64,000 nt of DNA, taken from contig CAVTUQ010000019.1 of NCBI GenBank assembly GCA_963737905.1, positions 183,584-247,583 of the forward strand. The letters run 5' to 3'. Made by a program: the position numbers and the translations under genes. This DNA comes from an uncultured delta proteobacterium (GTDB lineage: Bacteria; Desulfobacterota; Binatia; UBA9968). Positions 41,438 to 50,965 of this stretch are shown in pieces; the stretch's first letter is position 1; the number at the start of each line of letters is the position of its first letter. The notes beneath the pieces were generated by a model. It did not search any database and was not told where the DNA came from. It saw nothing but the letters and a program-made list of their open reading frames with translations.

Positions 41438-41715
41438 TCAGGACAAGCTTGTCGAAGGGTGAAAGCAGAGTTTTCTCAGCACCCTGCTAGAGGAATATCT
41501 AAAGGCTGTCGTTATATAGTTAAGGAAATGATCAATTCCCTTCATGCCGTGTTCGATATGTCCTAGCGCTGCCTGGCGGTCTTGCCAGGCGAGCTTCCGC
41601 AAGGCCAAGGTAAAGCAGCGCGAGATTGTCGCTTGGGCATTGTACAAGCTCTTTGCGCAAAGTCTGGCGCGCCTCTGCATAGTTCCCGGTGAGGTATTGG
41701 GTTTGGCCCACATCG
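41438..41715 (-). pseudogene. Remnant of a TPR lipoprotein paralogous to 45007..45603
   Basis: QYLTGNYAEARQTLRK...DNLALLYLGLAEARL and AALGHIEHGMKGI..FLNY in different frames align with the intact paralog. Confidence 0.7.
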
Positions 41716-41799
41716 GTCACTATCAAGAAAATCCGAATTCCGAATATCGAAATCCGAAACTTCAAACCTGACACCTGAAACCCAAAACCCGATCATTGT

Positions 41800-42672
41800 T
41801 TATCGGTCCCTGCTAACTGTTTCCTGGTCACCGCTCACTTTTCTGAACCGCAGCAAGTATACCAAGACGGCGGCACAGGCGGCTACGCTCAGCACGAATA
41901 GCAATGGGCGGTGCCGGTGAAAAAAAGTCGCAATGACGTGGATGTCCCGACCCAAATAGTAGGTTCCAAGACCCCAACTGCACGTCCACAGAAGTGCGCC
42001 GGCGACGTTGTACGCCGTGAAGGTCCGCCACGGCATCTGCAAAACCCCGGCGACGATGCCGTTCAACTGTCTCAAGCCGTCGATGAAGCGGGCCAGTAGG
42101 ATAACAACTCCGCCGCGGCGCTTGAACAGGTCATCGAGGTGTTGCTGTCGCTCTGGGTTGACCTTGAGCTTGTTCAATACTGCCCGGCCGCCCCAGCGGC
42201 CGATTGCGTAACCGATACTATTCCCGAGCGTGGCTGCCACCGTTACGAGAAACAGGATCAAGGTAATATTCATCCGCCCCTCAGCGGCCTCTAGAGCGCT
42301 CGCCATAAGCAGGGTTTGCCCTGGCGTGGGGATCCCTATTCCTTCCGCCATCACGGCTACGAACGCGCCGCCGGAACCGTAGCGCACCAACAGCGGTTGT
42401 ACTCTCGCAAGTGAGCGTTCGAACTCTCGTACTGCCGCGCCTTGCTGATGGTCCGCAGCGGCGGCTCCAGCCTCACTGAGAGATGAACCAACCGCAGAGG
42501 ACGCAAAGGGCGCATAGAATATTTCTTTAAGTTCTGTGTGTTCTTTGCGGTGGTGAACCAAATCCGTTGGAGCCCCGTCGGTACCGGCCGCCACCGCTGG
42601 CAGCCAGAGCAGCAGAACTAAGAATTGACCCACGGTAAAATATAGATTGCGCGAGCGATTTCCTTTCGACAC
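41800..42672 (-). CDS. DedA-family membrane protein with N-terminal extension
   Basis: E..GIP.PG.T, G.SIGY.IGR.GG, ARFI.GLR....VAG...M.W..F..YN. Confidence 0.88.
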   Translation of the reverse strand: MSKGNRSRNLYFTVGQFLVLLLWLPAVAAGTDGAPTDLVHHRKEHTELKEIFYAPFASSAVGSSLSEAGAAAADHQQGAAVREFERSLARVQPLLVRYGSGGAFVAVMAEGIGIPTPGQTLLMASALEAAEGRMNITLILFLVTVAATLGNSIGYAIGRWGGRAVLNKLKVNPERQQHLDDLFKRRGGVVILLARFIDGLRQLNGIVAGVLQMPWRTFTAYNVAGALLWTCSWGLGTYYLGRDIHVIATFFHRHRPLLFVLSVAACAAVLVYLLRFRKVSGDQETVSRDR

Positions 42673-42702
42673 CCGACCCTCGACCCTCGCTTATTTCGCA
42701 AG

Positions 42703-44910
42703 TTACTTCGTCGCGAATATCTTGGGAAGAAGAATCGATATCAGCTTATACACGGATTCATCGATGCGGTCGAGGCGAGCCTCGGATTCGTCGATTGTGC
42801 TGCCACCCAGGGTTTGGTCAGAGATGACAAACAACGCCGCCATTGTGAGATCGTTACGGCTTCTCGCAAATTTCGCGAGATAAAAACCTTCTACATCCAA
42901 AGCGGCAATCGATTTTGTCCTCCAATGATCCAACAAAGCTAGAGTTTCATGGTAGATCGTCGGCACCCGGCCGTGCTTGGTCTGATCGTGAACGGTAACC
43001 TGCTTGGACAGTTCCGCGTGATAGGCGTGAGCCAGATTTTTCCGAAACAGAACGGAGACATTGTTATTATCTATAAACTCATGGGGAGTCACCACATCGC
43101 CAACTTGATAATCCGCTATCGCGCCTGCGGTTCCCAAATAAACAACCTGGCGAATGCCCTTTTTATAGAAAGTCTCCATAATGATATTCGCGTCATCACC
43201 GTAGACATTGCGCGCGATTACGAGCCTTCGCTTGATTGTCGGATGGGTGAACAGATCGATATCTAATCCTTCCTTTACCAGAGGATGGCGCTGCCAATTT
43301 TGCTCGAGCAATACTTTTTCCCATTTCCCTTTGAAACCAAAAAGCAACCAATCTTTGTCGTTGAGGTTTAGAGACATCCCGCCCGGATTGAATACGAACA
43401 ATGGCAGTTCCCGTGGGGAGTGAACCCAGCGCATACCTGAAAAAGTGCCTGAATGGGAAATTTGACAATAGACATCGGCTTCCTGGTCGAGGCCTCTGAG
43501 ATTGGTGAAAACCACCCGATAGCTGTGCGGATTCGTTCTCGCCGCAAGATAAATATTGCGATGGAGCTGACCACGGCGAGTTTGCAAAAAGTAAAAAGTG
43601 CTGTAGCCATCACGCCGATGAAATTCATAAGCATCTTCGACAGTCTGGTTATGCGCGTAGAGGTCGGTAGGTGAGATTGAGCGTGTGGAAAACTGTTCTT
43701 TCAAGAAGACTGCAAAAGCCTCCGGAAAACGATCGTCGGTATACTGAACGATGTTCATATTATATTTACCGGGAGGGGCTGAACAGGCCACGGGCTTTTG
43801 GCTGACTTTTAGAGATTCCCTCGATGGGTGTTGCTTCTGAACGAAAATCTTCCTCAGATGAAAAAGCTTTCCTTCAGGATAGCCCAGATATGTTTTCGAG
43901 CTCATGGCCGTCGCCACGGGTTTGAGTTTCCCGTAGCTCGCGGAGCCTTGTAAAGATCGTAGCGCCGTGTCGGTAAATTTCTCTGCCCAACGGTCCTCGG
44001 ATTGCGCTCTTTTATAAACCAGAAAATTGGCTGACGCGTTCTTTTGAACCGTTGGGTTTATCTGGTCGGAGTTTATAATAGAAACTGTCTCCCAGCTTGA
44101 TGCTAGCCCGGCGCAGTCTTTGTCGATTAATGTGCCGGGGCAAGCGGATTTGAGATCCTTGAGAAACCCTCTCCAACTTTCTTCAAACAACGACCTTTGC
44201 AGCTTTGCCAACTCCTCGCTGACCTCCTGGTACAGGCTCAGCCTCTCTATGACCGCTTTCACGGCAGGATCGATGAGACCCGCCGTCGCGCCGCCGGATT
44301 GGATAACCTTCCGGACCGCGCTTTCAGAGCTGCCCGGCTGTTCTTCGATCTCGACAAACAATTTCGCGTTAGCGGAGCCGGTCTTCGAATCGAGCGCCGG
44401 AGCTGGACTCCCCGGCTGCTTCAGAGAAAATACCATCCATAGCAGCCTTGGATCTTGCGCAACTGGCGAAGCTTTCAGCGCCTTATAGGAATCGCTGTCA
44501 ATGAACTGGATCAGCTGCTCGATGTTTCGATCCTGCAGCAGCGCGCGCGTTTTCTCCTCGCGGTTTCCTGGTACGGTGACAACCTCAACCCGATCGCCGT
44601 ATTTTTGTAGCGCTTTCTGCACCATCAAAGCGCGCTCTCTTGTCGAAGCCAGAGTATCCTCGTCATGGCTTTGATTTACCGACACCACCAAGCGAGCAAT
44701 TGTTTTGCCGATTCCTGCGCATTCCTTCCACACGCCGGCATCTCCTAAAGCGCAGCGCAGCATGCCGATCTCTAACTGCGTCGGTGGATCAAAAGTGCCG
44801 GCATAAAAACCTACGGAGGCAGCCGTGACCGGCGCGGGAAACAAAACCGACGCCAAGGCAAACGCCACCAGAAAAACCTCCCGGGAAGAATGCTTTGCAA
44901 ATACAATCAT
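42703..44910 (-). CDS. Secreted multidomain protein: CoaD/NadD-like nucleotidyltransferase fold N-terminus plus purine/uridine nucleoside phosphorylase-like C-terminus
   Basis: Signal peptide ending VTAA; GFYAGTFDPPT...ER..MV..AL...SS.SAVR...V...I....LY; C-terminal YLGTAGA....VGDVV.P, ET, DVE, LFVISD. Confidence 0.6.
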   Translation of the reverse strand: MIVFAKHSSREVFLVAFALASVLFPAPVTAASVGFYAGTFDPPTQLEIGMLRCALGDAGVWKECAGIGKTIARLVVSVNQSHDEDTLASTRERALMVQKALQKYGDRVEVVTVPGNREEKTRALLQDRNIEQLIQFIDSDSYKALKASPVAQDPRLLWMVFSLKQPGSPAPALDSKTGSANAKLFVEIEEQPGSSESAVRKVIQSGGATAGLIDPAVKAVIERLSLYQEVSEELAKLQRSLFEESWRGFLKDLKSACPGTLIDKDCAGLASSWETVSIINSDQINPTVQKNASANFLVYKRAQSEDRWAEKFTDTALRSLQGSASYGKLKPVATAMSSKTYLGYPEGKLFHLRKIFVQKQHPSRESLKVSQKPVACSAPPGKYNMNIVQYTDDRFPEAFAVFLKEQFSTRSISPTDLYAHNQTVEDAYEFHRRDGYSTFYFLQTRRGQLHRNIYLAARTNPHSYRVVFTNLRGLDQEADVYCQISHSGTFSGMRWVHSPRELPLFVFNPGGMSLNLNDKDWLLFGFKGKWEKVLLEQNWQRHPLVKEGLDIDLFTHPTIKRRLVIARNVYGDDANIIMETFYKKGIRQVVYLGTAGAIADYQVGDVVTPHEFIDNNNVSVLFRKNLAHAYHAELSKQVTVHDQTKHGRVPTIYHETLALLDHWRTKSIAALDVEGFYLAKFARSRNDLTMAALFVISDQTLGGSTIDESEARLDRIDESVYKLISILLPKIFATK

Positions 44911-45006
44911 GCGAAGATCCTCCGTTAGAATATCGAAATAGGCATAAACATCTGCCAAGAGACAAGTAACGCTAAGAAAACCATGACACGCGCAATGGCG
45001 AGTGCT

Positions 45007-45603
45007 CTAGGTTGAGTTAATAAGCAATTGACGAAATGTTTCTTGCTGTTGTGCCACTCCCAGGCCTACCGACTCGCCATCGGCAATGAGCCTGGGCCAC
45101 TCAACCTTGCCGCTGGAAATCATGGCGAGAGCGGCTTTGATGCGGCTTTGGATCGCTCCGCCCGGGTCCCAGCCTTCGCCGGGAAAATTCCCGTTTAAGT
45201 AATTGAGCCAGCCATTCAGTTGTTTCATGCTGGCTTCAATATTCTTCAGCGCCGCCTGATTGTCCCCTAGACGAGCCTGAGTGAGTCCAAGATAGAGCCG
45301 TGCAAGATTGTCGTCGGTGTTTTGCGCAAGCGCTTTCTCCAAAGTCTGGCGCGCTTGCGGATAGCTTCCGGTGAGGTATTGGGCTCTACCCAGATAACTC
45401 AAAACTCCGAGGTTTAGTTGTGCATTGTATATGAAGGTGGGGTCTTGTTCGGCGGCGGCTTGAAGATAGCTGAGGGCAGTTTGATTGTTGCCAGCAAGCA
45501 ACGCCTGCACTCCTGACTGAGCATAGCCACCGGCTTGATAGTTAGCGCATCCAAAGAGCGCCACACTCAACGAGAACATCGCCAATAGATCGGTTGCCTT
45601 CAT
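45007..45603 (-). CDS. TPR-repeat lipoprotein
   Basis: Lipobox LFGC; YLGRAQYL.G.Y..A...LEKAL and ARLYLGL..AR.GD TPR repeats. Confidence 0.8.
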   Translation of the reverse strand: MKATDLLAMFSLSVALFGCANYQAGGYAQSGVQALLAGNNQTALSYLQAAAEQDPTFIYNAQLNLGVLSYLGRAQYLTGSYPQARQTLEKALAQNTDDNLARLYLGLTQARLGDNQAALKNIEASMKQLNGWLNYLNGNFPGEGWDPGGAIQSRIKAALAMISSGKVEWPRLIADGESVGLGVAQQQETFRQLLINST

Positions 45604-45660
45604 GTTCCTCCCTTCTCTAGCCCAGGTCCTCAGTGCATCGCCGTAGTACACCAATCTTTA

Positions 45661-47823
45661 CTAGTTCACCCAGTGCAGCACATTCCGAATCACCGACCAG
45701 CGCGGCTGCTTGGGGCGCGCATCGCGTCCCAGAATCCAGTGGTCGTAAAGCGCCTGAATCGTGCCGTTTTTTCGCTGGAGGTCGATCCAGATCCCGAGAA
45801 ATCGCGCAAACTCCAGGTCGCGGCGCGCCACGGGGTAGGCGAGCGGGAAACGAATCGCCAGCGGGTGCGGCACTGCGACCGAAAAGGCCGGATAGAGTAG
45901 CGTGTAATAGGAGCCCCGTTCGGCAGGGAAAACGACTCCGTCGACGCGCTCGCCGCGTCCGGCAAAGAAGTCGACCACCCGCTCGACCGATATCGGCACG
46001 ATCTCCACGCGCGGAAATTCGCGCCGAACGATTTCCTCGAGATAGGGCAGGTTGGGAACGGCAACCCGGAGGCCGGGAGTAGCACGGACCCACTCCGCGC
46101 TGGAAAAATCGGCCCGCCGGTGGTCCGGAACCACGAAACTCAGCGTCTCGTCGACATATGCCGGCGAGAAAACCATTTCGTCGGCGCGGCTCGTCGTAAC
46201 CGCGATGCCGCCTATGATGAGGTCGCAAAGGCCGGCATTGATGACCTCGGCCAGGCGGTCACGCGGCACCGGCACGAACTCAATTGCCAACCCGAGCTCC
46301 GCCGCCAGGGTGTAGGCCATTTCGACATCGAAACCCACCAACTCGCCCCGACTGTTGAAGTAGCTGTAGGGCAGCGCGCCATCCACATAACCCACCCGCA
46401 TGCGCCCTCGCGCCCGGATCGCTTCGAGCACCGACGGACTGTCTTTCGGGAGGGGCAGGGGCTCGGTCGGCGCCTGACGCAGCACGGAAGCTTTCACCAT
46501 GGCCGGTCGAAGTAGTTTCATTCCCTCAACCACACGGTCCTCATCGTAGGTGCCAGCGCCCAGGATTCGCAGCAGCCCGCCTGTCGCGGTCAAAGTGGCC
46601 ACTGTCAAGCCAGCGGTCACGAGCACGTAGCGCAGAATCCGCACCGGGGACAGGCGTAAATTCCCAGCCAGGGCGTAGCTCCCGGCAAGGGCCAAGGTGA
46701 CCATGTACATCGCGGAGGTCAAGGTGCCGAAGCGCGCGTTGATCACGCCAGTAGTGAGATACAGCTGAAACGTGTCCGCTGGAATTTGCACAACGTCGAG
46801 CAGAAAGGGAAGAGCAACGTTGATGCTACCGAACAAGCTGACGATCCCTGCAAGGATCAGCATTGTGTAATCGGTCAGGCTAAGCACTGTCTGCGAGTAC
46901 CAAGCCGCGAATAGCACGAAACTTAGCGAGAGCAGCTTGGCCGCGTGGGGAAAATTGTAGAAGGCGGGAACGATGACATCGGGTGGCGATCCTTCCTGAG
47001 ATTCCGGCAATCCGTGGGCGATCAGCAGCTCCTTCGAACGGTCTATCAGCATCGGCAGAACGATGAAGAGCTGGCCGGTCATGAACGCGGTGATCAGACC
47101 ATCCCTTGTCTTCTTAAGGATCTCGCGAGCTGGGATCGGGGTAAGGCAGGCAACCAGCCCCGGCAGGACCCAGAGCGCGAGGAGTAGTGCCATCACCCCG
47201 TAGCTGATCAGGTAAACTCGCACCTGGGCAAACTCGGCCGCATCGACCGTGCCCACTATATGCGCGGCGATAGCGAAGAGCCCGATGGGCGTCAACGCGA
47301 CTGCAAACCCGTTCGCCCGCTTGAGCCCGCGTTCAATGAGCACCAGGTTTTCAAGGAGACCCTGTTTCCGCTCGATACCGATGAGCGCCACGCCCAGAAA
47401 GATGCTGAAGAGGACTACGGCGGGCACGATATTATTGGCAAGCGAGTGGAATGGGTTTGACGGAATATAGAGCGCGACGAAGTCCAGGGGCGGCCGGGCT
47501 TCGACCAGAGTTGTGCTGAAGAAAGACGCGCTCTCGACCTCCGGAAAGACGAACGGCATCAGCATTACGGCCCCTAACGCCAGCACCCATAAGACAAGAC
47601 TGACTGTTCCCACCCGGACAAAGAGGCGCCGCGCCCGGGCGCCATCCAAGCTGCCGATTCCACCGATGAGGGAAACCATGAGGTAGGGTAACACCGTCAT
47701 CTGGAGGAGCCGGAGGTACCCCTCCGCTACGAGCTCCAACACCCCCGCTTTCTCCCCGAAGAAGAGCCCGGTGGCGACTCCGAGCGCAAGACCAATAAGA
47801 ATATTGCGTGTAGTGGAGGTCAT
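45661..47823 (-). CDS. Cation:dicarboxylate/amino-acid symporter (DAACS) fused to a periplasmic substrate-binding (SBP family 3) domain
   Basis: Y.RLLQMTVLPY, IP.NPF.SL; C-terminal RG..RVG....LPYSY....G.LVGFDVE.A..LA. Confidence 0.85.
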   Translation of the reverse strand: MTSTTRNILIGLALGVATGLFFGEKAGVLELVAEGYLRLLQMTVLPYLMVSLIGGIGSLDGARARRLFVRVGTVSLVLWVLALGAVMLMPFVFPEVESASFFSTTLVEARPPLDFVALYIPSNPFHSLANNIVPAVVLFSIFLGVALIGIERKQGLLENLVLIERGLKRANGFAVALTPIGLFAIAAHIVGTVDAAEFAQVRVYLISYGVMALLLALWVLPGLVACLTPIPAREILKKTRDGLITAFMTGQLFIVLPMLIDRSKELLIAHGLPESQEGSPPDVIVPAFYNFPHAAKLLSLSFVLFAAWYSQTVLSLTDYTMLILAGIVSLFGSINVALPFLLDVVQIPADTFQLYLTTGVINARFGTLTSAMYMVTLALAGSYALAGNLRLSPVRILRYVLVTAGLTVATLTATGGLLRILGAGTYDEDRVVEGMKLLRPAMVKASVLRQAPTEPLPLPKDSPSVLEAIRARGRMRVGYVDGALPYSYFNSRGELVGFDVEMAYTLAAELGLAIEFVPVPRDRLAEVINAGLCDLIIGGIAVTTSRADEMVFSPAYVDETLSFVVPDHRRADFSSAEWVRATPGLRVAVPNLPYLEEIVRREFPRVEIVPISVERVVDFFAGRGERVDGVVFPAERGSYYTLLYPAFSVAVPHPLAIRFPLAYPVARRDLEFARFLGIWIDLQRKNGTIQALYDHWILGRDARPKQPRWSVIRNVLHWVN

Positions 47824-48004
47824 CGAAATACGCAGTAAGAATCCGAAATCCGAAACAAGGTCCGACAATAGCTCATCGGTCAACACCTTAACAGTGCGTC
47901 ATTGCCGAATCCTTTTGGCGAATCGAGGGATGTGCGGACTGAACCCAGCCAGAGGCACGCGGCGTGACGATGACCATTCCTATCGAAGAGCTAAAAAACT
48001 GTAA

Positions 48005-48022
48005 ATTGGACTTTGGTCCAAT
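48005..48022. promoter_or_regulatory. Palindromic operator, copy 2 (ATTGGACTTTGGTCCAAT)
   Basis: About 180 bp upstream of the symporter gene; matches copies 1, 3 and 4. Confidence 0.65.
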
Positions 48023-48040
48023 AGAGAGGAGTGGCTTACC

Positions 48041-49789
48041 TCACGCCGGCAGTGGTGCGCCGTCAGCGATCATCCGCACCGTTCCATCACCGTCACCTTT
48101 CAGCTCCCACAGCTTCCCGTGGACGTCGGTAAGTGCTGAGCGGTGGGCGATGCTGATGATGGTTGCGTCTTTCAACCATTCAGTCAACAACTCGTACATG
48201 TGCTCCTGGCTCGGTTCGTCCAGGGCGGAGGTGGCCTCGTCCAGAAACAACCAGGCAGGCTTTTGCAGCAGTGCCCGGGCGATCGCCACCCGTTGCTGTT
48301 CGCCGCCGGATAGTTGCTGCGCCCAGTTTTGCTGTTCATCAAGTCGGTCCACAAAAGCAGCCAGCCCGGCGGCGCTTAGCGCATCACGCAACTGCGCATC
48401 ACTGAAGGTTTCAGCGGCCGCAGGATAGCTTACCACCTGACGCAACGTGCCGATGGGAAAGTAAGGACGCTGCGGCAAGAAGAGCGCGTGGAAATCGCGA
48501 GGCTCCCTGACTTGCCCCCGGCCGAAGGGCCAGATTCCGGCGATAGCGCGAAAGAGCGTGCTCTTCCCCGAACCGGAAGGGCCCTTGATGAGCACACGCT
48601 CGCCAGGTTCGATGCGCGCATTGATTCCGGAGACCAGCACACGTCCCGTGGGTAGCACCAAGTCCAGGTTGCGCAACTCCAGGTCGTCGATAGTAGGGTC
48701 GGCAACGACCGCCGGCCCCGCCCCGGTGCGGCTCTCTTCCTGGGTAGAGAAGATCGCCTTGTGAAAGCCGCTAAGACGGTCCACCGTAGCCTTCCAAGCA
48801 GCGAAGTCGGTGTAGGCTCCGATGAACCAGGAGAGCGCCCCTTGCACCTGGCCGAAGGCATTGGAGATCTGCACTAGGCCGCCAAGTTGGATGGCGCCCG
48901 AGAAATAGCGCGGCGCGCCGACGACGAAGGGAAACACTACCGCTGCCTGGCTGTAGCCTACGGTGAAGAAGGTCAAGAGCTTTTGTCGCTTCATGATCGC
49001 CCACCAGTTCTCCACCACCGACGCGAAGCGAGTGCGGAACCCGCGCAGCTCGTCTTCTTCGCCCCGATACAAGGCCACTCCTTCGCTGTTTTCGCGAAAG
49101 CGCACGAGGTTAAAGCGGAAGTCTGCTTCGTATCTCTGCTGATTGAAGTTGAGCGGGATGAGCGGTTTGCCAATCTTGTGAGTGAGCCAGGTTCCCACGA
49201 TGGCGTAGCCGATGGCCACCCAGACCATGTAACCATAGATGACATAGGTGGCACCGGCTAGAGGAATCTCGAGGGGTCCGGACAGCGACCAGAGAATCCC
49301 GATGAAAGAGCCCAAGGTGACCGCGGCGTTGAGAAAGCCCAACCCCAGCGAGAGACTCTCATCGACGAATAGCCTGAAGTCTTCGGCGATCCGCTGATCG
49401 GGGTTGTCGGTGTCGTTGCCCTTGAGCTGCATCCGGTAATAGTTGCGGTCTGCAAGCCAGTCCGTGAGATAGTGGTCCGTAAGCCAGCGGCGCCAGCGGA
49501 TCTGCAGCATCTGGTTCAGGTAGATCCTATACACCGCGATCACGATATAGATCGCGGCAAGCACGCAAAAGCGCCCAATCTGGTGGAAGAACTCGTCCTG
49601 GGCCTTGTCCTGGAGCGTGTTGTAGAAGAGGTTGTACCACTGGTTGAACAACACGGTCATATAAACCATGGCCAGAGTAAGCACGATATTGACGATGAGC
49701 AGCAGCCACGCGCTGCGCCGCTCCTCCGACCTCCAGTAGGGGCGCAGCAACGCCCAAAGATCACGGATGAAGTTTATCGTATTGACCAT
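48041..49789 (-). CDS. ABC transporter permease/ATP-binding fusion (YddA/ABCD-like)
   Basis: DNPDQRIAED, EADFR..LVR.REN.E, GPSGSGKS, LSGGEQQR, LDEATSALD. Confidence 0.93.
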   Translation of the reverse strand: MVNTINFIRDLWALLRPYWRSEERRSAWLLLIVNIVLTLAMVYMTVLFNQWYNLFYNTLQDKAQDEFFHQIGRFCVLAAIYIVIAVYRIYLNQMLQIRWRRWLTDHYLTDWLADRNYYRMQLKGNDTDNPDQRIAEDFRLFVDESLSLGLGFLNAAVTLGSFIGILWSLSGPLEIPLAGATYVIYGYMVWVAIGYAIVGTWLTHKIGKPLIPLNFNQQRYEADFRFNLVRFRENSEGVALYRGEEDELRGFRTRFASVVENWWAIMKRQKLLTFFTVGYSQAAVVFPFVVGAPRYFSGAIQLGGLVQISNAFGQVQGALSWFIGAYTDFAAWKATVDRLSGFHKAIFSTQEESRTGAGPAVVADPTIDDLELRNLDLVLPTGRVLVSGINARIEPGERVLIKGPSGSGKSTLFRAIAGIWPFGRGQVREPRDFHALFLPQRPYFPIGTLRQVVSYPAAAETFSDAQLRDALSAAGLAAFVDRLDEQQNWAQQLSGGEQQRVAIARALLQKPAWLFLDEATSALDEPSQEHMYELLTEWLKDATIISIAHRSALTDVHGKLWELKGDGDGTVRMIADGAPLPA

Positions 49790-50093
49790 GCGTTTACTCC
49801 AGAATGAGTTGATATGTTGGCCGTGACGAATTCTCTTGGTTTGCAGGGCGACTTATCGAGTATTGTCATCGGCACGGCGAACCAAGAAGGTGAAGAGTCA
49901 GATTATCGCGCCAAGCATGTCCTGAGCAAAGCCGAAGGGGCGCCAGGATCGCAAAGGGACGCGCTTCCTATTTGTCCGAACTTCGCGCCCGTTGCGCCTT
50001 TGCGTGAGACGAGTTCCGAGGGGCAAGAGCGAGGGTCGGGTGTCGAGGGGAGAATCCTTGTCATTCGGCACTCATCAGTCGACTTTTATTCGT

Positions 50094-50684
50094 CTACTGC
50101 CCGGAACGATCGAGTAATTGCACCGCGTCCGCGATGTCTCGGCTCAGGCGTGCGAGTCCTCGGCTGTGGGCTGCGGCGAGCGCGTCGTAGCTCTTGTCCG
50201 ATGCCACTTCGCGCACGGTGGTGCGGCCAGTCTGTGACTTGCCAGCCGTGACGCGGCTTACCGTCCAGACGGCATCCAGTGTTGCCGCCTCGCCGGGCGC
50301 CGATTCGAAGCGTTGCACTTCGATGGCGGCGCGATAGTCGGCGTCCACGCCCAGGGTCTGAGAAAATAAAATTACACGGGGAGTGCCCAGCATCGCGACG
50401 AGATTCTCGGCGACCAGGCGGGCAATACTATTCTGCAGCGGCGCGGCCCAGCGATTAAATTCTTCGGGGCGAACCTGGTTGGGGCCCGTGGTGACGACAA
50501 TCTGGGGACGGTCGACTACCGCCGGAATCGACACCGGACCAACGGCGACCGAGAGATTCGATGACGTCGCCGCAGGCGCAGCCCCCGCGCTCAAGGTGTA
50601 GAAGCGCGATGGCGGCGTCGACCCGCAGCCGGCGTCGAGGCCGACGAAGATACAGACGGCAACGATAGCAGTGAGGCGGTGCAT
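50094..50684 (-). CDS. pqiC: PqiC-family lipoprotein
   Basis: Lipobox AGC; FYTL, VGPV.IP..VDRPQIV, RWA.PL; downstream of pqiB; start reset to 50684. Confidence 0.85.
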   Translation of the reverse strand: MHRLTAIVAVCIFVGLDAGCGSTPPSRFYTLSAGAAPAATSSNLSVAVGPVSIPAVVDRPQIVVTTGPNQVRPEEFNRWAAPLQNSIARLVAENLVAMLGTPRVILFSQTLGVDADYRAAIEVQRFESAPGEAATLDAVWTVSRVTAGKSQTGRTTVREVASDKSYDALAAAHSRGLARLSRDIADAVQLLDRSGQ

Positions 50685-50714
50685 TTGATCTCCCAAATTT
50701 TTCAACAGATTTAT

Positions 50715-50965
50715 GGCACTGGATATCCGACGAAGCAAAATCCGAATTTCGAATAGCGAAAATCCGAATAAAACCCAATAGGAACACGTGATCCGAGATG
50801 CGAGATCCGAGATATCCCGCATCCCGAATCGCGTATTCCGATTAGCACCTGACACCCGAAACCGATTACTCCTCGCTGCTAACCGATCACTGATGACCCA
50901 CACTCGACACTGGTACTCTTTACCTCGACACTCGCCACTCATCCCTCGACCCTCGACCCTCGTCA
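50715..50965. repeat. Compound tract of 7-8 nt periodic repeats (ATCCGAA, ACCTGAC/ACCCGAA, CTCGACC)
   Basis: Visible periodic runs; similar tracts at about 41728, 42667, 50018, 53290, 54225, 56520 and 60840. Confidence 0.7.
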
